A stretch of 63,511 nucleotides of DNA, counting the filler, from Octopus bimaculoides (lineage: Eukaryota), in NCBI RefSeq assembly GCF_001194135.2. It is 7 parts of 6 records of this genome, joined end to end, with 100 filler letters (N's around TTAATTAATTAA, not from the genome) between each part and the next. Parts side by side here need not be neighbours in the genome. Positions count along the whole stretch, not along the records: positions 35,371 to 56,878 come from NC_069006.1; positions 56,979 to 58,514 come from NW_026317799.1; positions 58,615 to 60,638 come from NW_026315770.1; positions 60,739 to 61,741 come from NC_068982.1; positions 61,842 to 63,511 come from NC_068989.1; 2 more parts are not named here. One strand, written 5' to 3'. Under the pieces are notes generated by a model, which worked only from the letters and a program-made list of their open reading frames with translations, was not told the origin of the DNA and searched no databases. A program made the position numbers and the translations under genes. Positions 54,700 to 63,511 of the stretch are shown in pieces. Positions within the stretch are counted from its first letter, which is position 1, and the number at the start of each line of letters is the position of its first letter.

Positions 54700-56586
54700 A
54701 ATAATGTACTGTTCCGTGATAGAAAATTTAACAAAAAGAATACTTCATCTGGAGAGAGATAAATATTTATTTAAAGGGCGCAATACATGTATTGTGCCCT
54801 TTAAATAAATGATATATATACAGTGATGCCAATACAATTAAAGACGAGAGTTTACTGTTAATTATGTACTTTCTAATTATTTAATTAATATTCAAATTAT
54901 TTATGTACAGAAAGAAAATTTTCTCCAGTCTTATGTAAACTTAAACAATGCTTTTTTCCTCCTTATTGCATGGTGTGTGTGTGTGTGTGTGTGTATGTTT
55001 ATATGCAGATATTTGTCTGTTGATGTTTAGTATCATCATCATCATCATCATCATCTCTAGTATGTGTGTGTGTGGGTGGGTGGGGGAGTGGATACAACTT
55101 GGCCCTGGTTCCCCCCCCCCCAATACTAACAAGTTGCTCATGAAAGAGAATGTCTAGTTGATGACAAGTGTCCCAGGGTTAAACAACAACAAGCTGTCCA
55201 CATGAAAAGAGGAGGACAGGAGAGATATGGAAAGAAAAAAGAAACGATTTTACTTACTTTTCACTTGTTTCTCTAACGGCTCCAATATTGGAGAACATTT
55301 CGTGTCGCTCCTGTCGACTGAGAATACTTTTACCAGATTTGTCAGAAAATTCTGGACTCAGAAGAAATGTTGTCATTAAGATATTCAAACTCTTTAGATA
55401 TGACGCTTCTGATGTAATTACTTCAAAAATAGCCTGTTGTTGTTGAGGTGGTGGTTGTGAACATGAAAGAGGGAGAGAGAAGTTGAGTGTTATACATACA
55501 TAACATACATCCACATAAGCTGTGTAATAAACACACACACACACACACAAACACTGAGAAATACAGACACAGAAGCACGACATGTCCCTTGACTAAATAT
55601 AAGGCCATTATTTTAATCCTCTGTTGGTGCAGCTTACCCCAAATAATGTTTCTTTACAAATACCTTACACTTGGCAGCAGTGGAACAAGCATCCTTCCAT
55701 GTAATTTCCTGCCAATGTCCACTGAGTTGATACATCAGGTTGCTTGGTTTGCTGTTAGCAAAGGGAGGCAGTATACATACACTAATTGCATCTCGAGGTG
55801 TAGCAAACCCCTTCACACTTTTCTTATAGGTAATTTTTCTAAATCATATATTTCCTTTATTATCTTATATGCATGTCCTAAGGTTCAGTTGTGGCAGACA
55901 CAACATAATCATAAATAGACTTCCGTGTTCTTGTTTTTATAATACATAATTATGATGACTTTGGAGGAATTACCTCCAAAGCGCTGTCGTGAAAGTTCTC
56001 AACAATGATGCACAATGCACCCCAGATTGAAGGATCAAAAGACAAAGAATAGCCGTCAGAAGTGTTTGAAACCCAGCTGCTTGGACCATTCATTCATGGT
56101 TTTATGTTCACTGCTATGGTGAGGGTAACAAGGATGAGAATGCGAGGAGTGACAAGGACTAGATAGCAACCACAAAATGGTTTACCAAATAAAATGCCTG
56201 CTCTTTTTGTTCGCCTGTCCTAGTAGTTTTTCATTTCGTTTTCAATTGTCCAATACATGAAATTTCCTTTCTGTAAGATCAAAATATCTTTTAAGAAACA
56301 AATTGTAGAGAAACTCTTGATAAATAGTTGTAAAACTAATAAGAAATAAAATATCTGGGGTAAATCAGACCCCACTGCACTAACAGTATTTTAATACTGC
56401 AACCAAGAGAGGGTTAAGAGAACCCAAGTTTAAAAGATGGAAGTGGGGGTGAGGGTAGGGAGAGAGAAATACACAGTTTTTAAAACAATAAAAAAAAACA
56501 CAGTAAAGCATCAAAAGACAACATTTTACCTCTTGGCATTTCCTTTCAGAGTCTGAAATTGTTTTTAAGAGACCAGAGTTTTTCAC
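48123..56586 (-). CDS. Exn: Ephexin-family Rho guanine nucleotide exchange factor (DH-PH-SH3; co-orthologous to vertebrate ARHGEF26/ARHGEF16/NGEF, Drosophila Exn). Partial: join(56586-56530, 55433-55258, 54240-54085, 53690-53489, 52795-52706, 51632-51466, 50521-50336, 48881-48805, 48227-48123)
   Basis: Nine exons with canonical AG/GT boundaries and matching phases (0,0,2,2,0,0,2,2,1,1) give one open frame: [35 protein letters not shown]...FSNI.../FLADLEERW.../..[20 protein letters not shown].../[13 protein letters not shown].../[16 protein letters not shown]...[23 protein letters not shown]...[21 protein letters not shown]...[26 protein letters not shown]. These are the DH, PH and SH3 motifs of ephexins. 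The exact vertebrate paralogue cannot be assigned. Confidence 0.93.
48533..48751. mobile_element. ~220-bp TTAA-flanked MITE (piggyBac-like termini)
   Basis: TTAA|ccgtttagcatt...gtgctaaaagg|TTAA. Confidence 0.75.
48805..48881 (-). CDS. Exn: Ephexin exon, PH terminal helix ([12 protein letters not shown]...RIYSAW)
   Basis: ctttctag|A...G|gtgagt; 77 nt; conserved PH Trp. Confidence 0.9.
49556..49775. mobile_element. Second copy of the TTAA MITE, nested in a family A SINE remnant (49420-49880)
   Basis: TTAA|ccctttag...ctaaaggg|TTAA; SINE sequence resumes on both sides. Confidence 0.85.
49898..50304 (+). mobile_element. tRNA-derived SINE family A, full-length reference copy (intronic, antisense to ephexin)
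   Basis: Head gtggctgtgtggtaag...gggttcagtccc, conserved body, internal (TA)/(GT) tract, tail aaaagagtaaa. Confidence 0.9.
50336..50521 (-). CDS. Exn: Ephexin exon, PH C-half (NHYDVVDY...[21 protein letters not shown])
   Basis: ttcttag|A...GA|gtaagt; 186 nt; phase 2/2; translated by hand. Confidence 0.9.
51466..51632 (-). CDS. Exn: Ephexin exon, PH N-half ([16 protein letters not shown]...[14 protein letters not shown])
   Basis: tttcag|GAG...GG|gtaatt; 167 nt. Confidence 0.93.
51824..52140 (+). mobile_element. tRNA-derived SINE family C (CORE-like central motif)
   Basis: gcatggcttaatggttaggg...gagttcgattcc, then gttgtgtccttgagcaagacactt; related minus-strand copies at 54436-54572 and ~11820-11990. 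Confidence 0.75.
52215..52490. mobile_element. Two RTE-type 3'-tail fragments, tail-to-tail around (CAT)n
   Basis: ggaaaggcatccagctgtagaa (+) versus ttctacagctggatgcccttcc (-); related pieces at ~53712-53830 and ~43025-43130. Confidence 0.7.
52706..52795 (-). CDS. Exn: Ephexin exon, DH-PH linker ([30 protein letters not shown])
   Basis: cccag|ATT...AAG|gtaagg; 90 nt; CNEGAR motif. Confidence 0.93.
53489..53690 (-). CDS. Exn: Ephexin exon, DH CR3 (KRPEFEAAL...[15 protein letters not shown]...LQAINK)
   Basis: ttgtag|A...AAG|gtgagt; 202 nt; [20 protein letters not shown] DH signature. Confidence 0.95.
54085..54240 (-). CDS. Exn: Ephexin exon, DH middle ([22 protein letters not shown]...[18 protein letters not shown])
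   Basis: ttgcag|A...CT|gtaagt; 156 nt; not in the ORF track, translated by hand. Confidence 0.92.
54305..54434 (-). mobile_element. 3' fragment of a family A SINE
   Basis: Reverse complement of 50180-50304. Confidence 0.88.
55258..55433 (-). CDS. Exn: Ephexin exon, DH start ([16 protein letters not shown]...RETSEK)
   Basis: cag|GCT...AA|gtaagt; 176 nt; DH conserved region 1 (E-x3-SE-x2-Y-x2-SL). Confidence 0.93.
56530..56586 (-). CDS. Exn: Ephexin exon, pre-DH ([19 protein letters not shown])
   Basis: ttttacag|GTG...GAG|gtaaaa; 57 nt, phase 0/0; typical ephexin segment preceding the DH helix. Confidence 0.85.
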
Positions 56587-56724
56587 CTGTAAAAATTAGG
56601 GAAGAAAGAAACAGAATGAGATTTACACTCTCACACACACAGAGGAAGTAACACTGAGTAAAAGATCCCCTTCATTCTACTGTATTGGACAATTTCTTCA
56701 GTGCCATTGGCAGCATAAAATACA

Positions 56725-56760
<36 letters not shown>

Positions 56761-56978
56761 TATAGTGTTTCAGTCATTTGACTGTGGCCATGCTGGAGCA
56801 CTGCCTTTTTTAGTCGAGTAAATCGACTCCAGGACTTATTCTTTGTAAGCCCAGTACTTATTCTATCGGTCTCTTTTTNNNNNNNNNNNNNNNNNNNNNN
56901 NNNNNNNNNNNNNNNNNNNNNNTTAATTAATTAANNNNNNNNNNNNNNNNNNNNNNNNNNNNNNNNNNNNNNNNNNNN

Positions 56979-57604
56979 ACCAGACCCCGAGCAGTTTAAC
57001 CGGTCCGTCCGTCCAGCGTCCTTCTACGGAGTCGCTGTTGGACGGTATGGGCTTGCTTCTCCAGGTGCCGAGTAACAAACCCACTGACTTTTCCGGGTTA
57101 ATTTTTGCTCCTGTCACCGTTTCGTATTCTTTAAGTGTCTCGCCTAGCATCTCGACGTGCTTTTCGCTCGACACTATGACGGTGACATCGTCCGCATATG
57201 CAGACACACTCGTCCCGCAACCCAGCTCCCGTGGGATACCCCTTAGTGTCGCCAGCTTCCGCAGTAGTGGTTCGAGCGTCAATACATACAGAAGCGCCGA
57301 TGTCGGACCGAACGCGTGATGTCGAACGGTTTTGACAGGTGACCGTTTACCCGAATTACCGATCGGATGCCGCTATACAAGGCAGCGATCCAACCGCGGA
57401 AGACGGGACCAAAGCCAGCTGCCCTGAGGACGGCCGCCAGGTATCGATGGTNNNNNNNNNNTATACAAGGCAGCGATCCAACCGCGGAAGACGGGACCAA
57501 AGCCAGCTGCCCTGAGGACGGCCGCCAGGTATCGATGGTCGACCCTATCGAAGGCTTTAGATTGATCTAAATTGATCAGCGCCCCACCCATGCCAGGATC
57601 CTTA
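56979..57604 (-). mobile_element. Tx1-like (L1 clade) LINE, 5'-truncated reverse transcriptase fragment
   Basis: LINLDQSKAFDRVDH...FGP.F..WI..LY...VNG.LS.PF.I.RSVR, then LEPLL..L and SAYADDVT...GAKINPEKS; the QGCPL motif is deleted. Confidence 0.9.
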
Positions 57605-57643
57605 ACTAGATAAATAGATAAATAGATAGATAGATAGATATGC

Positions 57644-57685
<42 letters not shown>

Positions 57686-57837
57686 GTTCATGTGCATGTC
57701 TCTGTCTTTGGAGGGATGTTTGATAGATAGATAGATGGATGGATGGATAGGTAGGTAGGTAGGTAGGTAGGAAGGTAGGTAGAGAGAGAAAGAAAGTGAG
57801 AGAGTGTGAATGAGAGAGAGAGAAAGAGGACTAGATA

Positions 57838-58514
57838 CATTTCTTTTATTAACCACACAGGGCTCAACAAAGATGGGACAGATACAATGTAGAGCTTTTC
57901 TTTTTGGGAGGGAAAAAAATAGGGGTGTGTCGATCAAAAGGGATCGTAGGAAGGGAAAAAGGGGGGAGTTCGATCAAAAGGGATCGAAAAAAAAAACCGA
58001 TCAATAGGGATCGTGTATCACAGTCACGTTCTTGTGTAAAAGAGGGGAGGACAGTTTAGGTTTAGCCGTGGAAAGAAAAGCCTACGGAAAAGACCACGGT
58101 AACCTTGGTCAATATTGTCATTGAAGAAACTATAACGGTAAGTGACTCTCTTTTGCCTTTTTGCTTTATTTTTTTCCTGGATTTTTTTTTTCTAGTTCAT
58201 AGGGTTATGCTCAAGGTGGCTCCGTCATTCACACGTGACATCCTTGCTACATTCACCCATCTTTTTTGGAAGCATTTACTAGACAAGACTTCCCTTTCTA
58301 CTCTCACCTTCCTCTTCAGGTGATACTTGAAGAAGTTGATGAGAGATTGCCCAGAGAGGAAAGTCTTTGTCTCTAGACCTTTCAGACGCGTCCACCATAC
58401 ACATTCTTTCGCCATAGCCACAAGTACGATGAAAATAACTCTTCCTTCCCGTTTGAAGGAAGGAGGCGCGACAATATTCCCGATAGACTCGGCTGATAGA
58501 CCGACTCGTCCCAC
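57838..58514 (-). mobile_element. Tx1-like LINE C-terminus plus 3' UTR (separate copy)
   Basis: AKECVWWTR...FFKYHLKRKVRVER..LS...F.KRW, followed by a UTR with AATAAA near 57846. Confidence 0.75.
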
Positions 58515-58614
58515 NNNNNNNNNNNNNNNNNNNNNNNNNNNNNNNNNNNNNNNNNNNNTTAATTAATTAANNNNNNNNNNNNNNNNNNNNNNNNNNNNNN
58601 NNNNNNNNNNNNNN

Positions 58615-59502
58615 ACCAAGGATCAGTCCTCAGCCCCCTCTTATTCATCATAGTCCTCCAGGTAGTAACAGAGGAATTCAAGACAGGCTGGTTCTGGGAG
58701 CTCCTCTATGCTGATGACCTTGCTCTAATAGCTAAGTCACTTCCAGAACTAGAGACGAAGTTTAGGGTATGGAAGTAAGGTCTGGAATCGAAGGGCCNNN
58801 NNNNNNNNNNNNNNNNNNNNNNNNNNNNNNNGAGGGCAGACAAAGTACAAACCCCTTCAGGCAGATGGCCCTGCTCAATCTGTAGAAAAGGCATGGATAG
58901 AAACTCCATATGATGTACCTAGTGTAAACTATGGACACATAAAAGGTGCAGCAATATCAAAGGANNNNNNNNNNTAACCAGGAAAATAGTTTTTGTATGT
59001 GGCAGATGCACAGGGGCAGTAAACACTGAAGATGTACAGAAAATAGATTCCATCACACTCCAGGGGGAAAAATTAGAAGTAGTTGATAGCTTCTGTTACC
59101 TAGGTGACCAAGTCAGTAGTGAGNNNNNNNNNNGTAGTTGATAGCTTCTGTTACCTAGGTGACCAAGTCAGTAGTGAGGGTGGTTGCTCTGAGAGTATAG
59201 CAGCTATTCTTTTTCTGAGAATAAGAATAGCCTGGGCAAAGTTCAGGGAGGCCCTACCTCTGCTGGCAACTAAGAACCTCTTTCTCAGGATGAAAGGTAG
59301 ACTGTATGATGCATGTGTGTGAACTGCCATGCTNNNNNNNNNNAGTGAAACATGGGTCATGACTGCTGAGGACACACGTAGGCTTGAAACGAATGAAGCT
59401 TGTATGATCCGCTGGATGTGTAATGTCAGTGTGCATAGACGACAGAGTGTGAGCACCTTGAGCGAAAAGGTGTGCAAGAGAGATGATTGCACTGGAATGG
59501 TC
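58615..59502 (+). mobile_element. RTE-clade LINE RT/thumb fragment with an in-frame PHD-like finger
   Basis: QGSVLSPLLFIIV...ELLYADDLAL...GLESKG; CSIC...C..C..WTH..C...CGRC; VDSFCYLGD; RIRIAWAKFRE.LPLL; SETW; several stops. Confidence 0.9.
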
Positions 59503-60638
59503 ATTGGCAATCTGATACACCTCACTGCTGCCACTGTTCTTCCAGTCCTTCCAAGCCTGTTTCTTTTCCTTAATGGCCCTGTCAACNNNNNNNNNNTCTT
59601 CCAGTCCTTCCAAGCCTGTTTCTTTTCCTTAATGGCCCTGTCAACAGCACATTGTTCTACCACCACGTTACCTTGGGTTGAGAGGAGACTTTGTACCATC
59701 CACAGATCGGGTCAGTGGCCTTCAACAGGTTGTCCCGTAGAAACATCCAGTTGTCTCCTACAGCTTTGAGTAATATGTCTCTGAATCTCTTTTTGTGGGA
59801 TCCTTAAGCTTCCAGACCCTTCTCCTCCTTGCTGGGCATCTATTTAGCCCTGATCCTAAATTCGCTAATCTTTGTCATGGGGTGCATTCTTCATCTGGGA
59901 AGATTTTTGCATTTACAAGTAGCCATCTTTCCCTTTTTCTGGCGAGGATGTAGTCAATTTGATTAGTGTGTCTACCAGATTGGTAGGTAACTGATAGGTT
60001 TCCTGAAGTTGGTATTGCAAACTGTAAGATCATTTGCATTGCAGAACTCCAGCAGCCTGGTTCCCTCCTCATTGTGGGANNNNNNNNNNGAACTCCAGCA
60101 GCCTGGTTCCCTCCTCATTGTGGGAACCAAAACCGTAGCCTCTATGTACGCCATGGAAGCCCCCTGCATGTTATCCAACAGTCACCAACCACAGAGAGAG
60201 GGTCCCTGTCATTCGTCGATAAGGTAGTCTGCAAGAGGGTGTCATAAAAGCATAGGCCAAGATAATGGTTGCTAACACATGATGCAGCACTAATCTAANN
60301 NNNNNNNNGCATAGGCCAAGATAATGGTTGCTAACACATGATGCAGCACTAATCTAATGTGACTACCTCGATTACCTTATCAACTAATTTCTCTGCAAGA
60401 AGTATACCCATGCCCCCAACTCCGTTAGGGTTCCCTGCCCAGAAAATCTTATTCATATGTTCTTAGTCTGTGAGGAACCTCCTCCTATCCACTTTAATTC
60501 TTGGATGCAGCTCCATTCAAGCATCTCAACAATCTCAGCAGACCTACCTTTCAGTGTGCCCACATTGAGTTTGCCAATCCTGCGGGTATGGGAGGTGTGG
60601 GTCTGTGAGACCCTGGGATGGGGGACAGCAGCATCATG
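59503..60638 (-). mobile_element. RTE-clade LINE 5' part (APE endonuclease and linker), inverted relative to 58615-59502
   Basis: NEEGTRLLEFCNANDLTVCNTNFRKP, VTYQSG.HT.QIDYIL, VDRAIKEKKQAWKDWK. Confidence 0.85.
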
Positions 60639-60738
60639 NNNNNNNNNNNNNNNNNNNNNNNNNNNNNNNNNNNNNNNNNNNNTTAATTAATTAANNNNNN
60701 NNNNNNNNNNNNNNNNNNNNNNNNNNNNNNNNNNNNNN

Positions 60739-61107
60739 TCTTTACTCTTTTACTTGTTTCAGTCATTTGACTGCGGCCATGCTGGTGCACTGCCTTTAGT
60801 CGAGCAAATCGACTCCAGAGCTTATTCTTTGTAAGCCTAGTACTTATTCTATCGGTCTGTTTTGTCGAACCGATAAGTTACGGGGACGTAAACACACCAG
60901 CATCGGTTGTCAAGCGATGTTGGGGGGACAAACACAGACACACAAATATATACGCACATATGCATATGCGACGGGCTTCTTTCAGTTTCCGTCTACCAAA
61001 TCCACTCACAAGGCTTTGGTCGGCCCGAGGCTATAGTAGAAGACACAGTGGGACTGAATGCTGGACCATGCGGTTGGTAAGCAAGTTACTTACCACACAG
61101 CCACTGC
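60739..61107 (-). mobile_element. Family A SINE, near full length
   Basis: Reverse complement of 49898-50304. Confidence 0.9.
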
Positions 61108-61439
61108 CTCAATATGTATATATTTTTATCTACGTGTGCGTGTTAGTGTTTGTCCCTCCCTCATAACCACTTGACAATTGGTGTTGGTGTGTTTACATTC
61201 CCGTAACTTAGTGGTTCGGCAAAACAGATCGCTAGAATAAGTACCAGGATTAAAATATAATTGCTGGAGTCGATTGCTTCGACTAAATGTTCAAGGCGGT
61301 GCTCCATCATGGGCGCAATCTAATGACTGAAACAGGTAAAAGGAAAAACATAAAAGATATACATATCGTAATTTTTATGGTGGGTTTTGGAGCAACGGCT
61401 CTGATTTAAGCAAGTGGTATTATATGCCCTACCTAATCT

Positions 61440-61741
61440 TAAATTACTTTATATTGTACAGTTCTATATTTAAGAGATGAGGAATTATCTACATTATTTA
61501 CATTATTTACATTATTTACATTTGACGGATATTTTTCCTCATCTTGTTTGTTGTTAACACAACGCTTCGGCTGATATACCCTCCAGCCTTCGTCAGGTGT
61601 CTTGGGGAAATTTCGAACCTGGGTTCTCATTCCTAACGATGTTACTATTATTATATTATTATTACTATTACTATTATTAATCAGGTCGCTGCCGTGAATC
61701 GAACTCGGAATCTTGGGGTTAGTAGCCCGCGCTCTTAACCA
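61440..61741 (-). mobile_element. tRNA-head + (AAT)n + hammerhead-bearing repeat (SINE/retrozyme-like)
   Basis: Head at 61741-61685 is homologous to 25350; then (AAT)n, the HHR, and AGATGAGGA...TCCTCATCT enclosing (TGTAAATAA)x3-4. Confidence 0.6.
61556..61601 (-). ncRNA. Minimal type I hammerhead ribozyme motif (variant core GAAG instead of GAAA)
   Basis: Minus strand GACAC-CTGACGA-A-GGCTG-gagggtatat-CAGCC-GAAGCGTT-GTGTT: stem I (GACAC/GTGTT), CUGANGA box, 5-bp stem II, loopless stem III. Confidence 0.72.
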
Positions 61742-61841
61742 NNNNNNNNNNNNNNNNNNNNNNNNNNNNNNNNNNNNNNNNNNNNTTAATTAATTAANNN
61801 NNNNNNNNNNNNNNNNNNNNNNNNNNNNNNNNNNNNNNNNN

Positions 61842-63270
61842 CATACGTTGAGGACTGCGGTCCAAAAGCTTGTCGCAATAAGCCGTACAAGTTTTTAATG
61901 TCTTTCCTTTCATAAGATGCCTGTATTTCCTCAGACAAATTACTCCACCAGGTATCTTTGAGCCTCCTTAATTCCTTTTGCAGTTCTGCTTTCTGCGCTC
62001 TGTATACCTTTTCTAGTTTTTTCTTTGCCCTTAATGTTTGGGTTAAGAAGTTTTTCATAAGTAGACCTCTTTGTTGCCAGTAGCTCATTTACCATTGCAT
62101 CATTGGAGTCAAACCAATCTCTATGTTGTCACCTCTTAAAACCCAGCACATCCACTCCAGTCTTATATAATCCTTCTCGAAGAGATTGCCATGAACCTTC
62201 AAAATATATATTACTGCATCTATCCCGAAATAGCTGTGAGACCTGTGGCTGTTTAAGTTGTCCTACATCAATTTTTGGGGGGACTCGCACACCTGCGCTG
62301 CGCTTTCTTGTACGAACCCTGAATTTGAACTTCACCCTAACCATTTTGTGATCAGTATCACAATCAGCTCCTCGCAATACTCTGAGACTACACAAATCCT
62401 GTAGGTCAGATTTCCGAGTTAATACAAGGTCAATCATGTGACCTTGCTTTGATCTTGGATGAATCCAAGTGACTTTATGTTTCAGCTTATGGTGAAAAAA
62501 TGTGTTCCCAACAGCCAACCCTAGTTCAGAGCACATTTGTAGCAGGTGTAAACCATTTTTGTTCACCTTACCTATTCCAAACCGCCCAAGTACATTCCAA
62601 GCACTATTGTCCCTGCCAGCACGTGCATTGAAGTCGCCGAGCACAACCAACTTCTCATTCAGAGGGACTGAGAGGATACTACTTCTAAGTTTCTCATAGA
62701 ATGCATGGATATTTTCTTCATTTGCTGAGAGTGTGGGAGCATAGATGGAGAAAACAGTCACAAAGCGTCCACAAGAGAGAGGGATCCGGAGTTTCATCAT
62801 GCGGTCATTTATACTTTGTGGTTGTTCTAGGTCTTTCAGTAAATTACTTCTAATTGCAAACCCAACACCACCCTCCCTTTTCTCTCCCTTTGACTGTGAT
62901 TTGACGGTGTTTTGTCTTGTTGGGGACATCTGTACTTCATTGGATTTTAGTGACAAACGCTTGTACAACACCTTTGCCACTCTCTAGGTCAAAATAGTAT
63001 AATCCAGTGACAAGCGAGAGCAAGATGACTAGTACTAAGTTGACTGCAGGTTTTATATCAGAGTATCCTCTCCTAGGCTTTTCCTCAAAAGGAGACTGCA
63101 AGCCAGCAGTGGTAGATAAATTTGAATTCGGAGTTTTATTCTCCTATACTGGTTGTCCTAACCACGAACTCATAAGAAAAAAGAGCCCAGTCTGCTCCCG
63201 CAGAAGTCATGGACCTGGTTTTATGTCGGAGTGTCCTTCTCCTTGAAGACTTACATTCACTTGGCTAATG
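61842..63270 (-). mobile_element. RTE (BovB-like) LINE 5' portion: 5' UTR plus intact APE endonuclease ORF 62980-62129
   Basis: GVGFAI, IYAPTL, VLGDFNAR.G, GNTFF..K..VTW.HPRSK..H.ID, DCDTDH; RTE-type 5' UTR motif (gcagactgggctc...ggacaaccagtataggagaa.aaaactc) at ~63130-63200. Confidence 0.9.
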
Positions 63271-63511
63271 GGCCTCATCTACCCCACATATTAAAAAAAA
63301 ACAGAATATAATAAGTACATAAAAAATACATAGTAAAGTCAATATAAAAGATGTAGATATGAAAGGAGAAAAGTAAATGCAATGGAGATACATATAAAAT
63401 ATAAAATATATATAAAAACGATGTGTAAAAAACACATAAATACGATGTGTAAAAACACATAAAGATACATAAAAAGTAAATATAAAATATATATATATAT
63501 ATATATATATA

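Noticed and set aside
57372-57540. Tandem duplications flanking 10-N gaps (also ~59081-59175, 59528-59645, 60044-60125, 60250-60357, and 40150-40532 around a larger gap)
   Set aside because: Identical sequence on both sides of a gap is typical of unmerged contig overlaps, so these are assembly artefacts.

Overview
AT-rich, repeat-dense, gappy eukaryotic genomic DNA. An octopus or other coleoid cephalopod is the likely source, inferred from the SINE/LINE complement and microsatellite density. There is one supportable host gene, on the minus strand: an ephexin-family RhoGEF (DH-PH-SH3), with nine GT-AG coding exons reconstructed in continuous phase between 56586 and 48123. Its 5' exons were not found and probably lie beyond the right edge; the last SH3 exon probably lies in the gap at 47214-47946. 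The rest is transposon debris: a full-length dead DD34D mariner, two DD37D (maT) remnants, a Tc1 fragment, Tx1-, RTE- and R4/Dong-like LINE fragments, at least four tRNA-derived SINE families and TTAA MITEs. Microsatellites are abundant, and there is a ~6.5 kb CpG-rich tetranucleotide-based higher-order satellite. Most ORF-track entries are artefacts of simple repeats or N runs. Best leads: (1) a tRNA-headed repeat carrying a minimal type I hammerhead ribozyme; (2) inverted SINE copies tightly flanking an 801-nt in-frame five-exon block (circRNA geometry); (3) a fold-back element with inverted telomere-like arrays; (4) the satellite; (5) a 108-bp hairpin in the putative 3' UTR. Six 100-bp N-TTAATTAATTAA-N linkers mark artificial contig joins, so adjacency across them is unreliable.
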